Source of the DNA: the human T2T-CHM13v2.0 reference genome, Homo sapiens
Strand: one strand, 5' to 3'
Length of the DNA: 64,000 nucleotides
NCBI RefSeq assembly: GCF_009914755.1
Contig: NC_060942.1
Below the pieces are notes generated by a model that did not search any database, was not told where the DNA came from, and saw nothing but the letters and a program-made list of their open reading frames with translations. Below, in pieces: positions 1 to 13,395 of this stretch. Positions within the stretch are counted from its first letter, which is position 1. Each line of letters begins with the position of its first letter. The translations under genes and the position numbers were made by a program.

Positions 1-2670
1 TTTTGCTATTATGAAAAATGTTCCTATGAACAATCATGTACAAATTTTGTGTGGATGTATGTTTTCATCTCTCTAGGATATGTACTTAGGAGTGGAATTT
101 CTGTGTCACATGATAACTCTTTGTAATAATTTTGGGAACTCACAGACTGTTTTCCAAAGTAACTGCAAGATATCCACATCCTCACCAACATTTATTGCCT
201 GTCTTTTTGATTATAGGCATCCTAGTGGGTGTGAGATTGTGTCACTGTGGTTTTCCTAATGACTAATGATGTTAATAAATGTCTTTTCATATGTTTATTG
301 GCCATGTGTGTATCTTCTTTGGAGAAATGTCTCTTCAAATCCCTTGCCTAATTTTTAGTTGGATTGTCTTTTTATTATCGAGTTGTAAGAGTTCTTTATG
401 TATTCTGAATAAAAGTCTCTTATCAAACATATAATTCGCAAATATTTCCTCTCATCCTGTGGATTATCTTTTCACAATTTTTACTGTGTGCAAAAGTTTA
501 TGTCCAGCTTATCATGTTTTTCTTTTATCTCTTGTTCACAAGTGATTGGCTAATTGAACATCACAAATATTTATTAATGTTTTCTTAGTGCTTACATTTA
601 GGTCTGTCATCCATTTTGAGTTACTTTTTGTATGTAATGTAAGATACGGGTCCAAATTCATCTTTTGCCATGTGGATATCTAATTACCCCTGCACCAGTT
701 GTTGAAGAGATGGTTTCTTTCCCATTGAATCTTTTGGGGGCACTTTTGCCCAAAAGCAGTCAACCATAAATGTGGTCTTATTTTTGTGCTCTTAACTTTA
801 TTAGTTGATCTACACGTCTGTCCTGACACCAGTGTTATACTATTTTGATTGCTGTAGCTTTGTAGTAAGTTTGAAATTTAAAACTGTGAGTCCTTCAACG
901 TTGTTCTCTTTTTCAAGATTGTTTGACTATTCTGGACCCTTAACATTTTCATATGAATTTTAGGATCTATTTCTTAATTTCTGAAAAACAAAAGGCAACT
1001 TTGATTTTAACAGAAATTGTGTTGAATCTTTAGGCCCATTCAGGTATTATTCCCATCTTAACAATTTTAAGTCTTCCGATCCATCAGTGTGAAATGTCTT
1101 TTCATTTTAATAGGTCTTCTTTAATTTCTTTTAGCAATGTTTTATAGCTTTCAGTTTACAAGTCTTGCTTTTGTTTTATTTATTCTTCTGTATTTGATTT
1201 TTTTGATGGTATTGTGAATGGGATTGTTTTCTTATTTATGGCATTGCTTGTTGTTAGTGTGTAGAAATGCAATTGACTTTAGTATGTTTATCTTGTATCC
1301 TATAACTTTCCTGAACTCATTTATTAATTTTAGTTGTTTTTTAGTAAATTATCTGGAGTTTTCTATATACAAGATTATATTATCTGGGAATAAAGACTAT
1401 TTTACTTCTTCCTTTCCAATATGGGTGCCTTTTAGTTCTTTTTCTTGACTAATTTCTCTGGCTAGAATCTCTAAAACAGCCTGGAATAAAAGTAATGAGA
1501 GTGCACATTCTTGTTTCTTCCTGATCTTAAGGATAAAATGCTCCAGTAAGTATCACACTAACTGGTTTTACATATATGTTTTTTATTCTGTTGAAGAAAT
1601 TCCCTTCTGCTCCTAGTTTGTTGAAGGCTTTTTGTCATGACTGAATGTTGGATTTTTTCAAAAAACTTTTTACATATGTAATTATATGTTAATTGATTTT
1701 GGGATGTTAAACTAGTCTTGCATTGCTGGGATAAATCACACTTGGTCATGATGCATAATCCTTTTTATACATTGCTGGGTTTAGTTTGCTAGTGTTTTGT
1801 TAAGGATTTTTATGTCTATATTCATAAAGGGTTTTAGTCTGTAGTTTCCATTTCTTAGAATATCTTTGTCTGGCCTTGGTATCAGGGCAATAACAGTCTT
1901 GCAGAATGAGTTGATAAGTTTTCCCACCTCCTCTGTTTTCTAGAAGAGTTTGTGAAGGATTGATGTCATTTCTCTTTGTTTTTCTACATCAACTTGATCT
2001 CCATGATGTCAGTTCTTTAAGTGTTATCTAATTTGCTGTGTAGTTCATAGTATTATCTCATAATCTTTTTTTCTTAATCCCATGACCAATTAAATAATAC
2101 TTCTAATTTGTATAAGGTCAGTAGTGATGTCTCATTTTCCATTCCTAATTTTAGAAATTTGAAACTTCTCTCTTTTTTTCTCATTCAGTCTAGTCGATAG
2201 TTTGTCAGTTTTGTTGACCTTTTCAAAGAACCAGTGTTTTTGGTTTATTTCTTTTCATTGTTTTTCTCTTTCATTTATTTATCCTCTAATTGTTATTTCC
2301 TTCCTCCTGTTTACTTTGGATTTACTTTGTTCCTCTTTTTCTGGTTCGCTAAGGAGAAAGGTTAGCATATTTATTCGAGATCTCTTTAAATGTAGGCATT
2401 TATAGTTATAAATTTTCCTGTAAGCACTGCTCTAGCTGCATCTCATAGGTTTTGATATGTTGTTTTTAACTAATCTCAAAATGTTTTCTAATTCGTGTTC
2501 TAACCCATTGTTTATTTAATAGCATATGCAATTCCCAAATTTTGACTTTTGATCATTTCTAATTTAATTCCATTGTAATCTAAAACATACTTTGTATGAT
2601 TTTAATTATTTTACATTTATTGAGGCTTGTTTTATGGCTTAGTATATGGTCTGTCCTGGGGAATGTTCTA
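1..2670 (-). mobile_element. Old L1M LINE fragment (ORF2 3' part), degraded
   Basis: T-rich antisense L1 sequence. Minus ORF 1558-1749 and neighbouring peptides are L1 ORF2-like. Confidence 0.85.
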
Positions 2671-2904
2671 AGTGAGCCCGATGACACTAAGTTTTTAAGA
2701 CCTATTTTTACACTTGCTATTCTCCCTTAGAGAGAAAGTCTAAGGTTGAGGGCCCTCTGCAGACAAGTGTGTCTAACTAGAGTTTAATTATATTTTGTCT
2801 TTATCATATTTATTTTTTAGGATTACATTCTTTTTATGATAGTTGACACTAGTGTTGCATTTATGACAGTGATATCATATTTCTTTTAAAATGTTAAAAA
2901 AGTT

Positions 2905-4985
2905 GATTTATGCACATGACATGATTATCTACACAGAAAAGCCCAAAGAATCTACCAAAAAAGTTCTAAAAATACTAAGTGGGTTCAGCAAAGTTGTGGG
3001 ATACAAAAGCAACGTGGAAAAATCAATCAGATTTCTATATATTAATACTAACAATAAATATGCAGAAACTGAAATTTAAAACACGATATTCTTTACAATT
3101 GCTCCAAAGAAAATGAAATACTTAGGCATATATTTAACAAAACATATATAGGAGCTGTATGCTGAAAAGTACAAAATGTTGATGAAAGAAGTCATGTAAG
3201 AGTTGAATAAATGGAGAGACATATTATGTTTATGAATTGAAAGTCTCAACATAGTAAAGATGTTCATTCTCTTCAAATTGAGTTATAGGTTTAAATGAAA
3301 TTTTTGTCAAATCTTAGCAAGGTTTTTTGTAAACATAAATAAGCCTATTCTAAAATTTATATGGAAAATCACAGACACTGAATAGCTAAAACGATATTGA
3401 CAAAGAAGAATATAATGGAAAGAATCACTCTGTTCTATATGAAGGCTTACCATATAGCTACAGTAATCGAGACAGTATGGTATTGGCAGTGAGACGGATG
3501 CATAGATCAATGGAACAGAATAGAGAACCCAGAAATAAATCTACACAAATGTGCTCAATTGATTTTTTGACAAAGATGCAAAGGTAGTTCAACAGAAGAA
3601 GCAATTCAACCAATGACCTTTTCAACAAATAGAGTAATCGGACATCAATAGGCAAAACAAAAACAAACCTCAACCTTATATAAAATTAGTCTAAAATGAA
3701 TCACAGGCTTTAATGTAAAATGTTAACCCATAAAACTTTTAGAAAAACTTCTAAAAGAAAATAAATTTAAAGATCTGGGGTTAGGCAAAGAGTTCTTAGA
3801 CTTATCATTAAAAGCACGATTCATATAAGGAAATACTGATAAATTAGACACCCTTAAAATTTAAAAACTTAAAAATATTTGCTCTGTGAAATATTGAGGC
3901 GTGAAGAGGATGAAAGACAAGCTACAGACTAGGAGGAAATATTTGCAAACTATATATCTATAAGGGACTAGTATGTAGACTATATAAAGAACTCACAAAA
4001 TTTACATGAAAAAATTTGAAAATGGCAAAAGACATAAACAGACATTTCACCTGAGAGAATAGGAAGATGGTGAGGAAGGATATAAGGCGACGTTCAATAT
4101 CATCATCAAACCTATCAGAATGGCTAAAATAAAAATCAGCGACAACACCTAATGCTGGTGAGGATATGGAAAAACTGAGTCATCCATACGTTGCCGGTGT
4201 GAATGCAAAATGGCACAGCCACTCTGGAAAACAGTTTGGCAGTTTCTTATAAAACTAAACGTGCAGTTACCATATGGCCTGGCAATCACATTCACGGGCA
4301 TTTATCCTGGAGAAATGAAAACTTATGTTCACACAAAACCTGCACATGAATATTCATAGACACGTTATTTGTAATAGTCCTAAACTGGGATCAGCCCAGA
4401 TGTCCTTCAGTTACGAATGGCTAAACAAACTGTGGTGCATCCATACCATGGACTACTACTCAGCACTAAAAGGAGGCAAACTGCTGATACACACAGCTCG
4501 AAATGCATCTTCAGGGGAATTGTGCCGAGTGAATGAAGCCAGTCCCAAAGGTTTCACATTGCATGGTTCCATTTATATAACATTTTAGAAATAGAGGATA
4601 GATTACTGATTGCCAGGGCCTATCATAAGGGGAAGTAGGGGTGGGGGACGGGGAGGAAAGTGGGCATGGGTTTGAAAGAGCAACATAAGGGACCCTGTGG
4701 TGTCGGCACTGCTTGGTATCTTCTCTGTGGTGGTGGACACAGGAACCTACACAGGTGGTAAAATTGTATACAGCTTAACTCACATACATAAGTGCATACA
4801 AGTAAAACTGGAGAAATCTGAATAAGATAGAATGCATCAATGACAATGTCCTCTTTGTGATATTATACCATAGTTTTTCAAGATGTGACCATTTAGGGAA
4901 ACTGGGCGAAGTGTATGAGAAATCGCTTGGTACTGTTTCTTACAACTGCATGTAAACGAATCTACGGTTATCTCAGTAAAAAATC
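2905..4985 (+). mobile_element. L1M (L1MC/L1MB-like) ORF2 end and 3' UTR
   Basis: [15 protein letters not shown]...SKVVGYKSN is an ORF2-like peptide; MFTQNL...WLNKLWCIHTMDYYSALK also matches. L1MC-type 3' UTR ends near 4980. Confidence 0.88.
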
Positions 4986-5555
4986 TGATTAACAAAAAGT
5001 TGATTTAGATAAAAATAATAAATATTGGAACAGTCAGGTGAGGGTATGTGTGATATATATGCATTATATATATTATATACACATGGCAAAAATTACAAAG
5101 GGGGATGTATTTGACAAAAATTTTGTAAACACACTGGGCCAAATGATTAAATTAACCATCTCCAGCACACCTAAGGTACAAAAGATAAACAGGGTAACTG
5201 TATTAAAAATTCCCATTTAGGAAAGAGGGAAGGGGAAGCCTGCTGCCTGGGTCTCTGCCCAGAATGTCTGTCTCCTGTGAGACAGGAATAGTCGGTAAGT
5301 GATAGGGCCTGGGAACCTAGTGGGCACCGGCTTGTTGACACGTTTCTATGGTGGGGGAATCGGTTCTTGGTCAGCAATCTGGCTGCTCCAGATTCTGCCT
5401 GCTGATATAACTTTTCTGGGGAGTTAGCCAAACCTCTAAACCCCAGACCTTATTCAGAGCTTGACCTTCTTTTACTCTAATCCCAAAGTACTTTGCTCTC
5501 CTGTAATTCCCAGAAAACTGTATTTGATTTTTAACTGAGGGTTGTAGCAGGACAG

Positions 5556-5841
5556 TATGTAGATATGTGTGTGTAGATATGTGTGGATGTAGATGTGTTT
5601 GTATGTGTGTGTGTATGTGTGTGTGTAGATGTATGTGTGTATGAGTGTGTGTGTAGATGTGTATGTAGATGTGTGTGTATGTGTGTGTAGATGTATGTGT
5701 GTATAAATGTGTGTGTAGATGTGTGTATAGGTGTGTGTGTGTAGATGTGTATGTGTGTGTGTAGATGTATGTGTATATGAGTGTGTGTAGATGTGTGTGT
5801 ATGAGTGTGTGTGTAGATGTGTGTGTGTAGGTGTGTGTGTG
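5556..5841. repeat. Compound (GT)n microsatellite with GTAGAT/GTAT interruptions
   Basis: Directly visible ~285 bp tract that is mostly alternating purine-pyrimidine. Confidence 0.95.
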
Positions 5842-6123
5842 TTGGTGGAACTGATCTCATCCAACACACTTTGGTTGTGTAAGCTTGTCAATTCTTGGAA
5901 GGAGCTCTGCCTGGCCTATTTTGAGAATTTGCTGGATGGAAATGGAATTCGCCCTCCAACCTTGGCTCAGCCCACTTAAGGCATTTGAGTGCAGAAGTAC
6001 TTGGCAGAGATGCCTGTTCAGTGTGTTTCATCTTCTTGCATGTTCCAGAAGATGGTATAAAGGTCCGCCCCACTCCCAGAGTGGAAGGCATTCAGAGGCA
6101 TCCGGTCAGGTACACTCAGGATT

Positions 6124-6245
6124 TTTAGCTTGGATTTTTTTCTAGGTTCCTGATCTTGGTGAGAGATTTTCCTATCTTGAACAACCCTAAACAAAATCTC
6201 CCCTGCTCAAATTATTGTGAAACTGAAGTAATGTATGGTCCCTCT
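6124..6245 (+). repeat. Copy 1 of ~122-bp local direct duplication
   Basis: tttagcttggat...ctaggttcctgatcttggtg...aactgaagtaatgtatg..ccctct, nearly identical to 7956-8078. Confidence 0.95.
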
Positions 6246-6859
6246 GAATTTGAGGCATGAAAGCAAAGTGGAATGTGAGAAGACTGTCCTGGACTTGCAC
6301 AGAGTAGGTGCTCAGGGGTGTAACCCCCCGTCCTTCCTGCCGCTCTTCTCCCTCCCCATGAATGTTCTGGTCACAGCTCCCAGGGGTGGAGAGTGTGCAG
6401 TTCCTGGTGGGGCAGGCCATTCTGTTCTCTCCACCATCTGCTGATGCTGGAGTTAGGCTTGCACAGTTGGGGACATTTAAGGGATTGTCAGAGTTGCAAG
6501 AAAATAAGAACCTCAAATGGATTGAATCCACAGGATCTGGGGTACCAGCTGACTTGCCTGGTCAAGATGGCAGGAGAACCTAGTCTGTGTGCGAGCTGGG
6601 GCTGGCAGCAAGTTTCTGAACAAGTAGCACATGGCATGGGGCTAATTCAAGGTCTGTGCTATTCTAGGACAGCAGATTGGCCTAGGGTCTAAATAGAAAA
6701 GAAAGCTTTGTCTCAGAAAGTCTGGAGAGCCCTACAGGACGCTGCATGTCCTTTTCCTGGGTCTGGTGGGAAAAACAGGGCAGTTGAGTCTTGCAAAGAA
6801 AAAAAGAGAAATAGGTTGTAACCTTGCCTCAGTGGTTTTAAAAGTTTCATGAATTCAAG

Positions 6860-7010
6860 AAACCATAGTGCACTTGTTAAAAATTCCAGTTCTAGGAACC
6901 AGGTCCAGAGATTTTGATTCAATAGGAAGAGGCAGGCGAGGGTATGTGCATTTTAAAAAGTGATCCTTTTACAAGTGGTCCAAGGGTCATTCTCGGAAAA
7001 GCATTGCTTT
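6860..7010. mobile_element. MER5-like hAT-Charlie remnant
   Basis: cttgttaaaaattccag...ccagagattttgattcaatagg...tgcattttaaaaag motif order. Confidence 0.55.
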
Positions 7011-7169
7011 CGTCAGTAGGAGTTTATGGTAGAGAAGAATGAGGAAGTCCCAGAATCTATCCTGGCATCTGTACAGGTCTCTAACTGCAGGCTGCACTGT
7101 CTGGGCTTCTCTCTTGCCCTTCAGGCTTCCTGGAGAATGAAAACAATGACTCATCATCTTTCAGGATTC

Positions 7170-7885
<716 letters not shown>

Positions 7886-7955
7886 TCACACCCCACATTC
7901 ATAATCACCAGGAGAAGAGATGTGATTGGGTTCAAATTAATATGAGGCTACCCTA

Positions 7956-8078
7956 TTTAGCTTGGATCTTTTTCTAGGTTCCTGATCTTGGTGAAAGATT
8001 TTCCTATTTTGAACAACCCTAAACAAATTCTTCCTCTGCTCAAATTATTGTGAAACTGAAGTAATGTATGATCCCTCT
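7956..8078 (+). repeat. Copy 2 of ~122-bp local direct duplication
   Basis: Matches 6124-6245 with a handful of substitutions and small indels. Confidence 0.95.
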
Positions 8079-9129
8079 TCTGGATGGTTCGACTCCCTTA
8101 TATCCAGCCTGTGCTTGGTTGCCTTTGGCTTGGGTAAGGGGTTAAGGGTACCTGGCTTTGGGACCTCTGTGAGAGGACCTGCAGGTATTTCAGGAACCAT
8201 TTGCTTTAGGGCCATGTGGCCAGGATCCTCGCGAAGGAGGGAAGGTCAGAGGAAGAAGAGCATATCCTATCCCACCCTGGCCCTTAAGCAAGAATCACTC
8301 CCTCACACTTCCTCTGACAAGCATGGGCAGCCTTGACCTATAGCTGCCATAATAAGTCATTCCTTGGGAGAAATTACTCCAACCCCATACATTCCGCATA
8401 GCAGGTTCTAGTTCTACATTTCTTCTGCTTGATCTTGTTTTCCTGATTTTGAATTCTTGGCTCTACACAAATCCCCTTTGACTCTTCCCAATTTGAAACT
8501 CTTTCAGGCTTTCCTGGTCATTTTTGGACATTGGCCTTCATTTCATGGCTTCTAATGGAACTGCTTTTCAAGCTCAGGGGTCTCCTGTTGGCATTTCCTT
8601 GAAATTCCACCTCTCACTGGTGTATTTAGGGCCACGAATGAATCAGAAGGATGAGGGAGGGATCAGGAAGTGCCGATGGGAGAAGACCCCTCAGACCTAG
8701 TTTATTTTATCTTACAAGTGGTAGCAGTGGGAAGTTACCCAACAACAGTGACGATGGGGGCTGGGTTGGGAAGTGGGAGAACTTTCTTCTCAGAGGTGGT
8801 GGGTAATGACCTTGAGATGGCTCTGCTGTCACTGGCTGCCTCTGCCTAAGATTCCTCCTACCCTCCCCATGAATACAACCCAGGAGATGCTCAGGGGCTG
8901 TTCTCATGCACTCTCGCCTCTTCTGAGGGATGGAATCATGGTCTCTTAACATCTTACGGAAGCACTCTGGTGCCTCTTACAGAAACATTGGGAGGGATGG
9001 GTGGGACTGCTGCCAGGGAGTCCAGAATTCCTTCCTGGAGTAGAGGTCATACACCAAGACAAAGGGCATCTAGTGTTAGAAGTGAAAATAGGGTAGGGTA
9101 GGAGGAAGGAAATTAGTCCTATCAGCTCT

Positions 9130-9530
9130 CAGTCATTTGATTAGCAAATACGTTTTGACGGTCCTTTTGTGGCAGCAAAGTGCTGTGAGAATAGAAAAGA
9201 GACTGTCTTTTCCTTTGAGCTATTAATGTTTACTTCTATTTGGGCAGCCAAGAAAGGGGGTGGGGAAGTATCCGATGAGCAATGTAAGACTGTATTTAAT
9301 GAAGTTCCAGTTGGTCTGATGCAGTCCAGAAAGGACAGAGGGGTTCAGGAAAGGGAGAGGTCAGAATCATCTGTTGTGACTAGGAAAGGCATGGGACGAC
9401 ATGTGTCCCAGGTGAGGTATGTGCCACAGGCAGTTACGGATGTGTTGGAGGAGGAAATTCCAGGAAGGGGCAAGATCTGGAACGAAGGCCTGGAGGTGGG
9501 AGCGAGCTTGGCACGTGTTGGCAGGGAGGG
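9130..9530 (-). mobile_element. L2 LINE fragment
   Basis: Antisense L2 3'-end pattern, and ccaggaaggggcaag...aaggcctggaggtgggag. Confidence 0.6.
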
Positions 9531-11380
9531 GCCGTCAAGAATATCTACCCTGCACCTGCCCTGGGGAATAGTGGGAAAGATGGCGGGATGGTGTGGGTCT
9601 CAGAAGCATGCAGAGTGGGTGGGCTCGATGTGCTGGCCAGGATGGTGCCCGCCTCGGCTTCCCCATTGCCAGGCAGTCAGAACACTGTTTTCTTCTGAGC
9701 CTGTTGTGGCCCCAGGCTCCTCCTTAATGCAATGCCTCGGGTAGTCACTACCAGTTAAAGAGATCAAACCTATTGGCCATCCTCCAAGGAGGCTGTGGGA
9801 GCCGTTCTAGTGTCTTGAGTAAGTGCGTGATTCATGCAATTTCCTGTGCAATCTATAGCTGGAAACCAGGGTGAGCCTGTGCTTCCATAGTGTACACGGT
9901 CAAGTTAGAAACACCACCAGCCATCTCCTCACTTGTTTTACATTTTTGGATAAAGTTGTGGTTTTTAACAGATTAAAAATATATTTGGAGATAAATACTT
10001 TTTACTAAGAATAATAAATTTACATTGCTTTCATCTCTTCCATGTGACTCTAAAACTCATTCCAGTCTTGATAGTGAGCCACAGTTGAGTAGGGGAGTTT
10101 CTTAGAAATTATACAAACCAAATAACAGAATTTGAAATGCTGGACCTTAAAAATCCAATTTATTCCAAATACTAAAAGCACTAAAGCCAGTGAACATCAA
10201 AAGGCCTGAAAAATCATGGCAAGTGTTAAATGCACGATGCGTTTTCCTTATGTGAGATAATGAGGAAGAATAGAGTCTGTGCTGTTAAAATGTGTGTGCT
10301 CTGAGATGTGCCTGTCCGTGTTCTGCGACTGATGTGGTGCGGGTGGCCCCTCCCATTTACCTGCTGCTGTCACAGGAGGAGGGAGGGAGCTGAAGACTGA
10401 GCTGCCCAGAGAGCCCATCAAAGGCATCTGGAATCTTTCTTAATTTAAAACATTCTTAAAGAAGAATATATAAAACAAGCATATCGTAAGGAATACTGTG
10501 GTAATAAAATGAACAGCCGTGTAAGTGTGCCACAGAGAACCCTTCCCCAATCGTATCCTCTTCTCTCCACCCAGAAGTAACCACCCTGCTGACTTTGGTG
10601 ATAACCACTTGTTTTCGTTATGCTTTACACCTACATTTGCATTTTCCAAGCAGTAGATTTGCCCGTTTTTGAACTTTGTAAGCGGAATGAGACTGTATGT
10701 GTCACGTGATGACGTGTCGTTCACTCAGCATGTTTGTCAGATTCACCTGATGGGGGTTAGCTGTGGTTTCTACATATTCATTGCTGTCTACTGTTCCGTT
10801 TTATGAGTGGAACACAGTTTATCTATTCATTCTATTGGTGGATATTTGAGTTATTTCTGGCGTGGTGTTACTATGAACATTGCTGCTTGAACGTTCTTGC
10901 ACATGTGTAAGCATTTCTCTGGACTGGGGTAGGTAAGAGTTGAATTGCTGAGTTTCAGGGGGTGCACACCCTCAGTCTTACTAGGTAATGCCAACGTCTT
11001 TCACGGTGGCATGGAATATGCCAATCGTGTGTGAGACTTCCTGAGGCTCTGCCTCCTTGCCAGGCTTCAGAATTGTGATCCTTCAGGGCATATAGTGCTA
11101 TCTGACAGTCATTTCAATGTGCATTTTCCTAATTACCTATAAAGTTGTCATCTTTTTATATATTTATTGGCCATTTAAGTTTCTTCTTCTGTGAAGTGCC
11201 TGTTCAAATCTTTGCCATTTTTTTCTATTGGATTGTTTACCGTAATCTTGTTTATTTTTAGGATTTAAAAAAATATATACTTGATGCTATTCTTTTGTTA
11301 TCTCTATGTGTTGAAACTATCATCTTCGAATTTAGGTCTTATATTTTCATTTTCTTTATGTTGTCTTTTGCTTTTAAAAA

Positions 11381-11685
11381 ATATTATTATTATTATTATT
11401 ATTTTAGAGATAGGGTCTTACGTAGTTGCCCAGCTGGAGTGCATAGCTCACTGCAGCCTTGAACTCCTGGGCTCAAGCAATCCTCCTGCCTCAGCCTCTC
11501 AAGTAGCTAGGACTATAGATGTGCACCACCATACCCAGCTAATTTTTTTAAAAAAATTTATGTGTTTGTAGAGATGGGGGTGTTGCTATATTGCCAAGGC
11601 TGGTCTCAAACTTCTGGCCTCAAGGGATCCTCCCACCTTGACCTCCTAAAGCCCTGGGATTATAGGAATGAAACACCGCACCCAG
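11381..11685 (-). mobile_element. AluJ with (TAA)n tail
   Basis: Antisense Alu with J diagnostics (gctcactgcagccttgaactcctgggctcaagc). Confidence 0.9.
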
Positions 11686-11704
11686 TTCTTTTTTTCATTT
11701 TTTA

Positions 11705-12002
11705 AGAGACAGGGTCTTGCCATGTTGCCCAGGCTGGAGTGCAGTGGCTATTCGCAGGCCTAATCCCACCACTGATCAGCACTGAAGTTTCCACCTTCTC
11801 TATTTCCTACCTGGGCCAGTTCACCCCTCCTTAGGCAACCTGATTGTCCGTCACCCCTTGGAGGTCACTATATTGCCATGCAACTTAGTGCAGACACCTG
11901 ATTGACATAGTGCACTACAACCCAGAACTCTGGGGCTAAGTGATTCTCCTGCCTCAGCCTCCTGAGTAGCTAGGACTGCGGGTGCATGCCACCATGCCAG
12001 GC
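11705..12002 (-). pseudogene. Full-length 7SL (SRP) RNA pseudogene
   Basis: Reverse strand has the Alu-domain 5' end, an internal S-domain (+ strand cctgggccagttcacccctccttaggcaacctg, actgatcagcac) and the 3' Alu-domain end, followed by an A-rich tail (T-rich on + at ~11686-11704). Confidence 0.92.
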
Positions 12003-12594
12003 TGTGTTGTTTTTTCATCATCAGAAGTCCTTAATTTTTGTGTAACATGATTTATCAATTTTTTTCTTTATGGTTTATTTTGGGGGGAAGAGCCTAATTT
12101 TAAGAAATCTTATTTTAAAAATATTTCCATACCTCCAAGATCAGGAAGTTATTCCCCTAATATTAACTTACTCCCCCAATATTAACTATCTTTCATAAGC
12201 TTTACAGTTTTGGTTTTCCTATCTGTCTTCAAATCACTTGAAATGGATTTTGATATGTATGCTGCTTAATTTTTCCCATGTAGACACCCAGTTGTCTCAG
12301 CATTATTGGATGTGAAGTCCACTGTTTTCCTACTGACCTGCAGTATTAGCTGTCATACGTTGCGTGTCATGTGCACAGTGTTTCTTGGGCCGTCTCTTCT
12401 GTTCCATCGGCTGACTTAGCCATCCTTAAATCAACACTGCACTAACTTAATTACGATACCTTTATCGTGAGTCTTGATAAACAGTCTGGACTTATGCTCT
12501 GGGATCTTTAATCAATACTTGTGGGCCCCAGAAAAGATTTCATGAGCACATAGAAGTGTGGGTGTGGACATGTTATGGTCTGGTGGAGACTGGG

Positions 12595-12800
12595 CTTATG
12601 TTGTACTTTGGGTTATGATGCAGAACTATGTTATCTATTTCGTTGCTCAAACGGTTCCAACTTTGGCCACTGGGGTTTCTTTCTGTTGGCTCCCCTGTCC
12701 CTTTGACATATGCCTATCATTTTGGTTTTTGAGCACTTTCTTACTTTCTGGCACAAGAAGCTGTTTCAGATTTATCTTGGATATTTTTGGCTCCGGCCCT
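12595..12800 (-). mobile_element. L1MC/L1MD 3' UTR fragment
   Basis: Reverse complement resembles 57085-57305 of this window (gtactttgggttat..., gcactttcttactttctggc). Confidence 0.7.
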
Positions 12801-13395
12801 ATAGTCGGCCTGACTCCTTTTCCCTAATTAGGACTCCACAGGAAACACAGTCCCTTCTTCAAGGAGCTCGGCCTAGCAGTAGACAGCTTCTTTGTAGGCA
12901 GGACCAGGCTTCTCTGCAGCAGAAGGGAACTTGAAATCAGGGTAATGAGCCTCAGCAGGGACGGGCCACCACGCTGCCCTGAGAGGATCGTGTGTGGGCA
13001 CGGCGCTGTGGCATGGCCCTGCTTTGACCCTCTAGCTATGCTGTAGGGCCAGTTGGAGCCTGGAGTGGCCTGAGCTGGGGACTGCCGTGAACTCTTTCCA
13101 CTCCCCAAGGCATTGCATAAGTAATGTCACTTTCTACTTGCACAGCAAAATCAGGGACACAGTTTTCTCGAACACGGGGTGCCTCCCCTCCCTGCAGCCC
13201 ATGCTGGTCTACCCTGGGTGGTGGGCCCTTGTTTGTGTTAGAGACAGAACGCTCTGCAGGATTCTGAGTGGCCAGTTGTGGCTCACAGTCCACTGGCAAG
13301 TGGAGGCAGAGCTGTGGAGCCCTTGGTAGCCACGGAGGGCCTGCCACCCGTCATGAAATGCCTACTCAGCTGTTACTGGCCCCCTGTGGACGGCA

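Larger units (their letters stand above)
10500..12480 (-). mobile_element. L1ME-like fragments interrupted by AluJ and the 7SL pseudogene
   Basis: Antisense L1 3' UTR/ORF2 motifs (tatctattcattcta..., tttattggccattt, ccagttgtctcagcat). Confidence 0.7.

Noticed and set aside
1-4985. Two opposite L1 fragments as an inverted repeat or twin-priming product; L1 ORFs as genes
   Set aside because: Both are old and degraded, cover overlapping ORF2 regions and are separated by unrelated sequence, so they are independent insertions with no intact ORF.
5472-5979. His/Thr-rich and Cys/Val-rich ORFs
   Set aside because: They are translations of the compound GT microsatellite.
9169-9744. 191-aa ORF
   Set aside because: Non-ATG start, overlaps an antisense L2 remnant, and has no recognisable protein motif.
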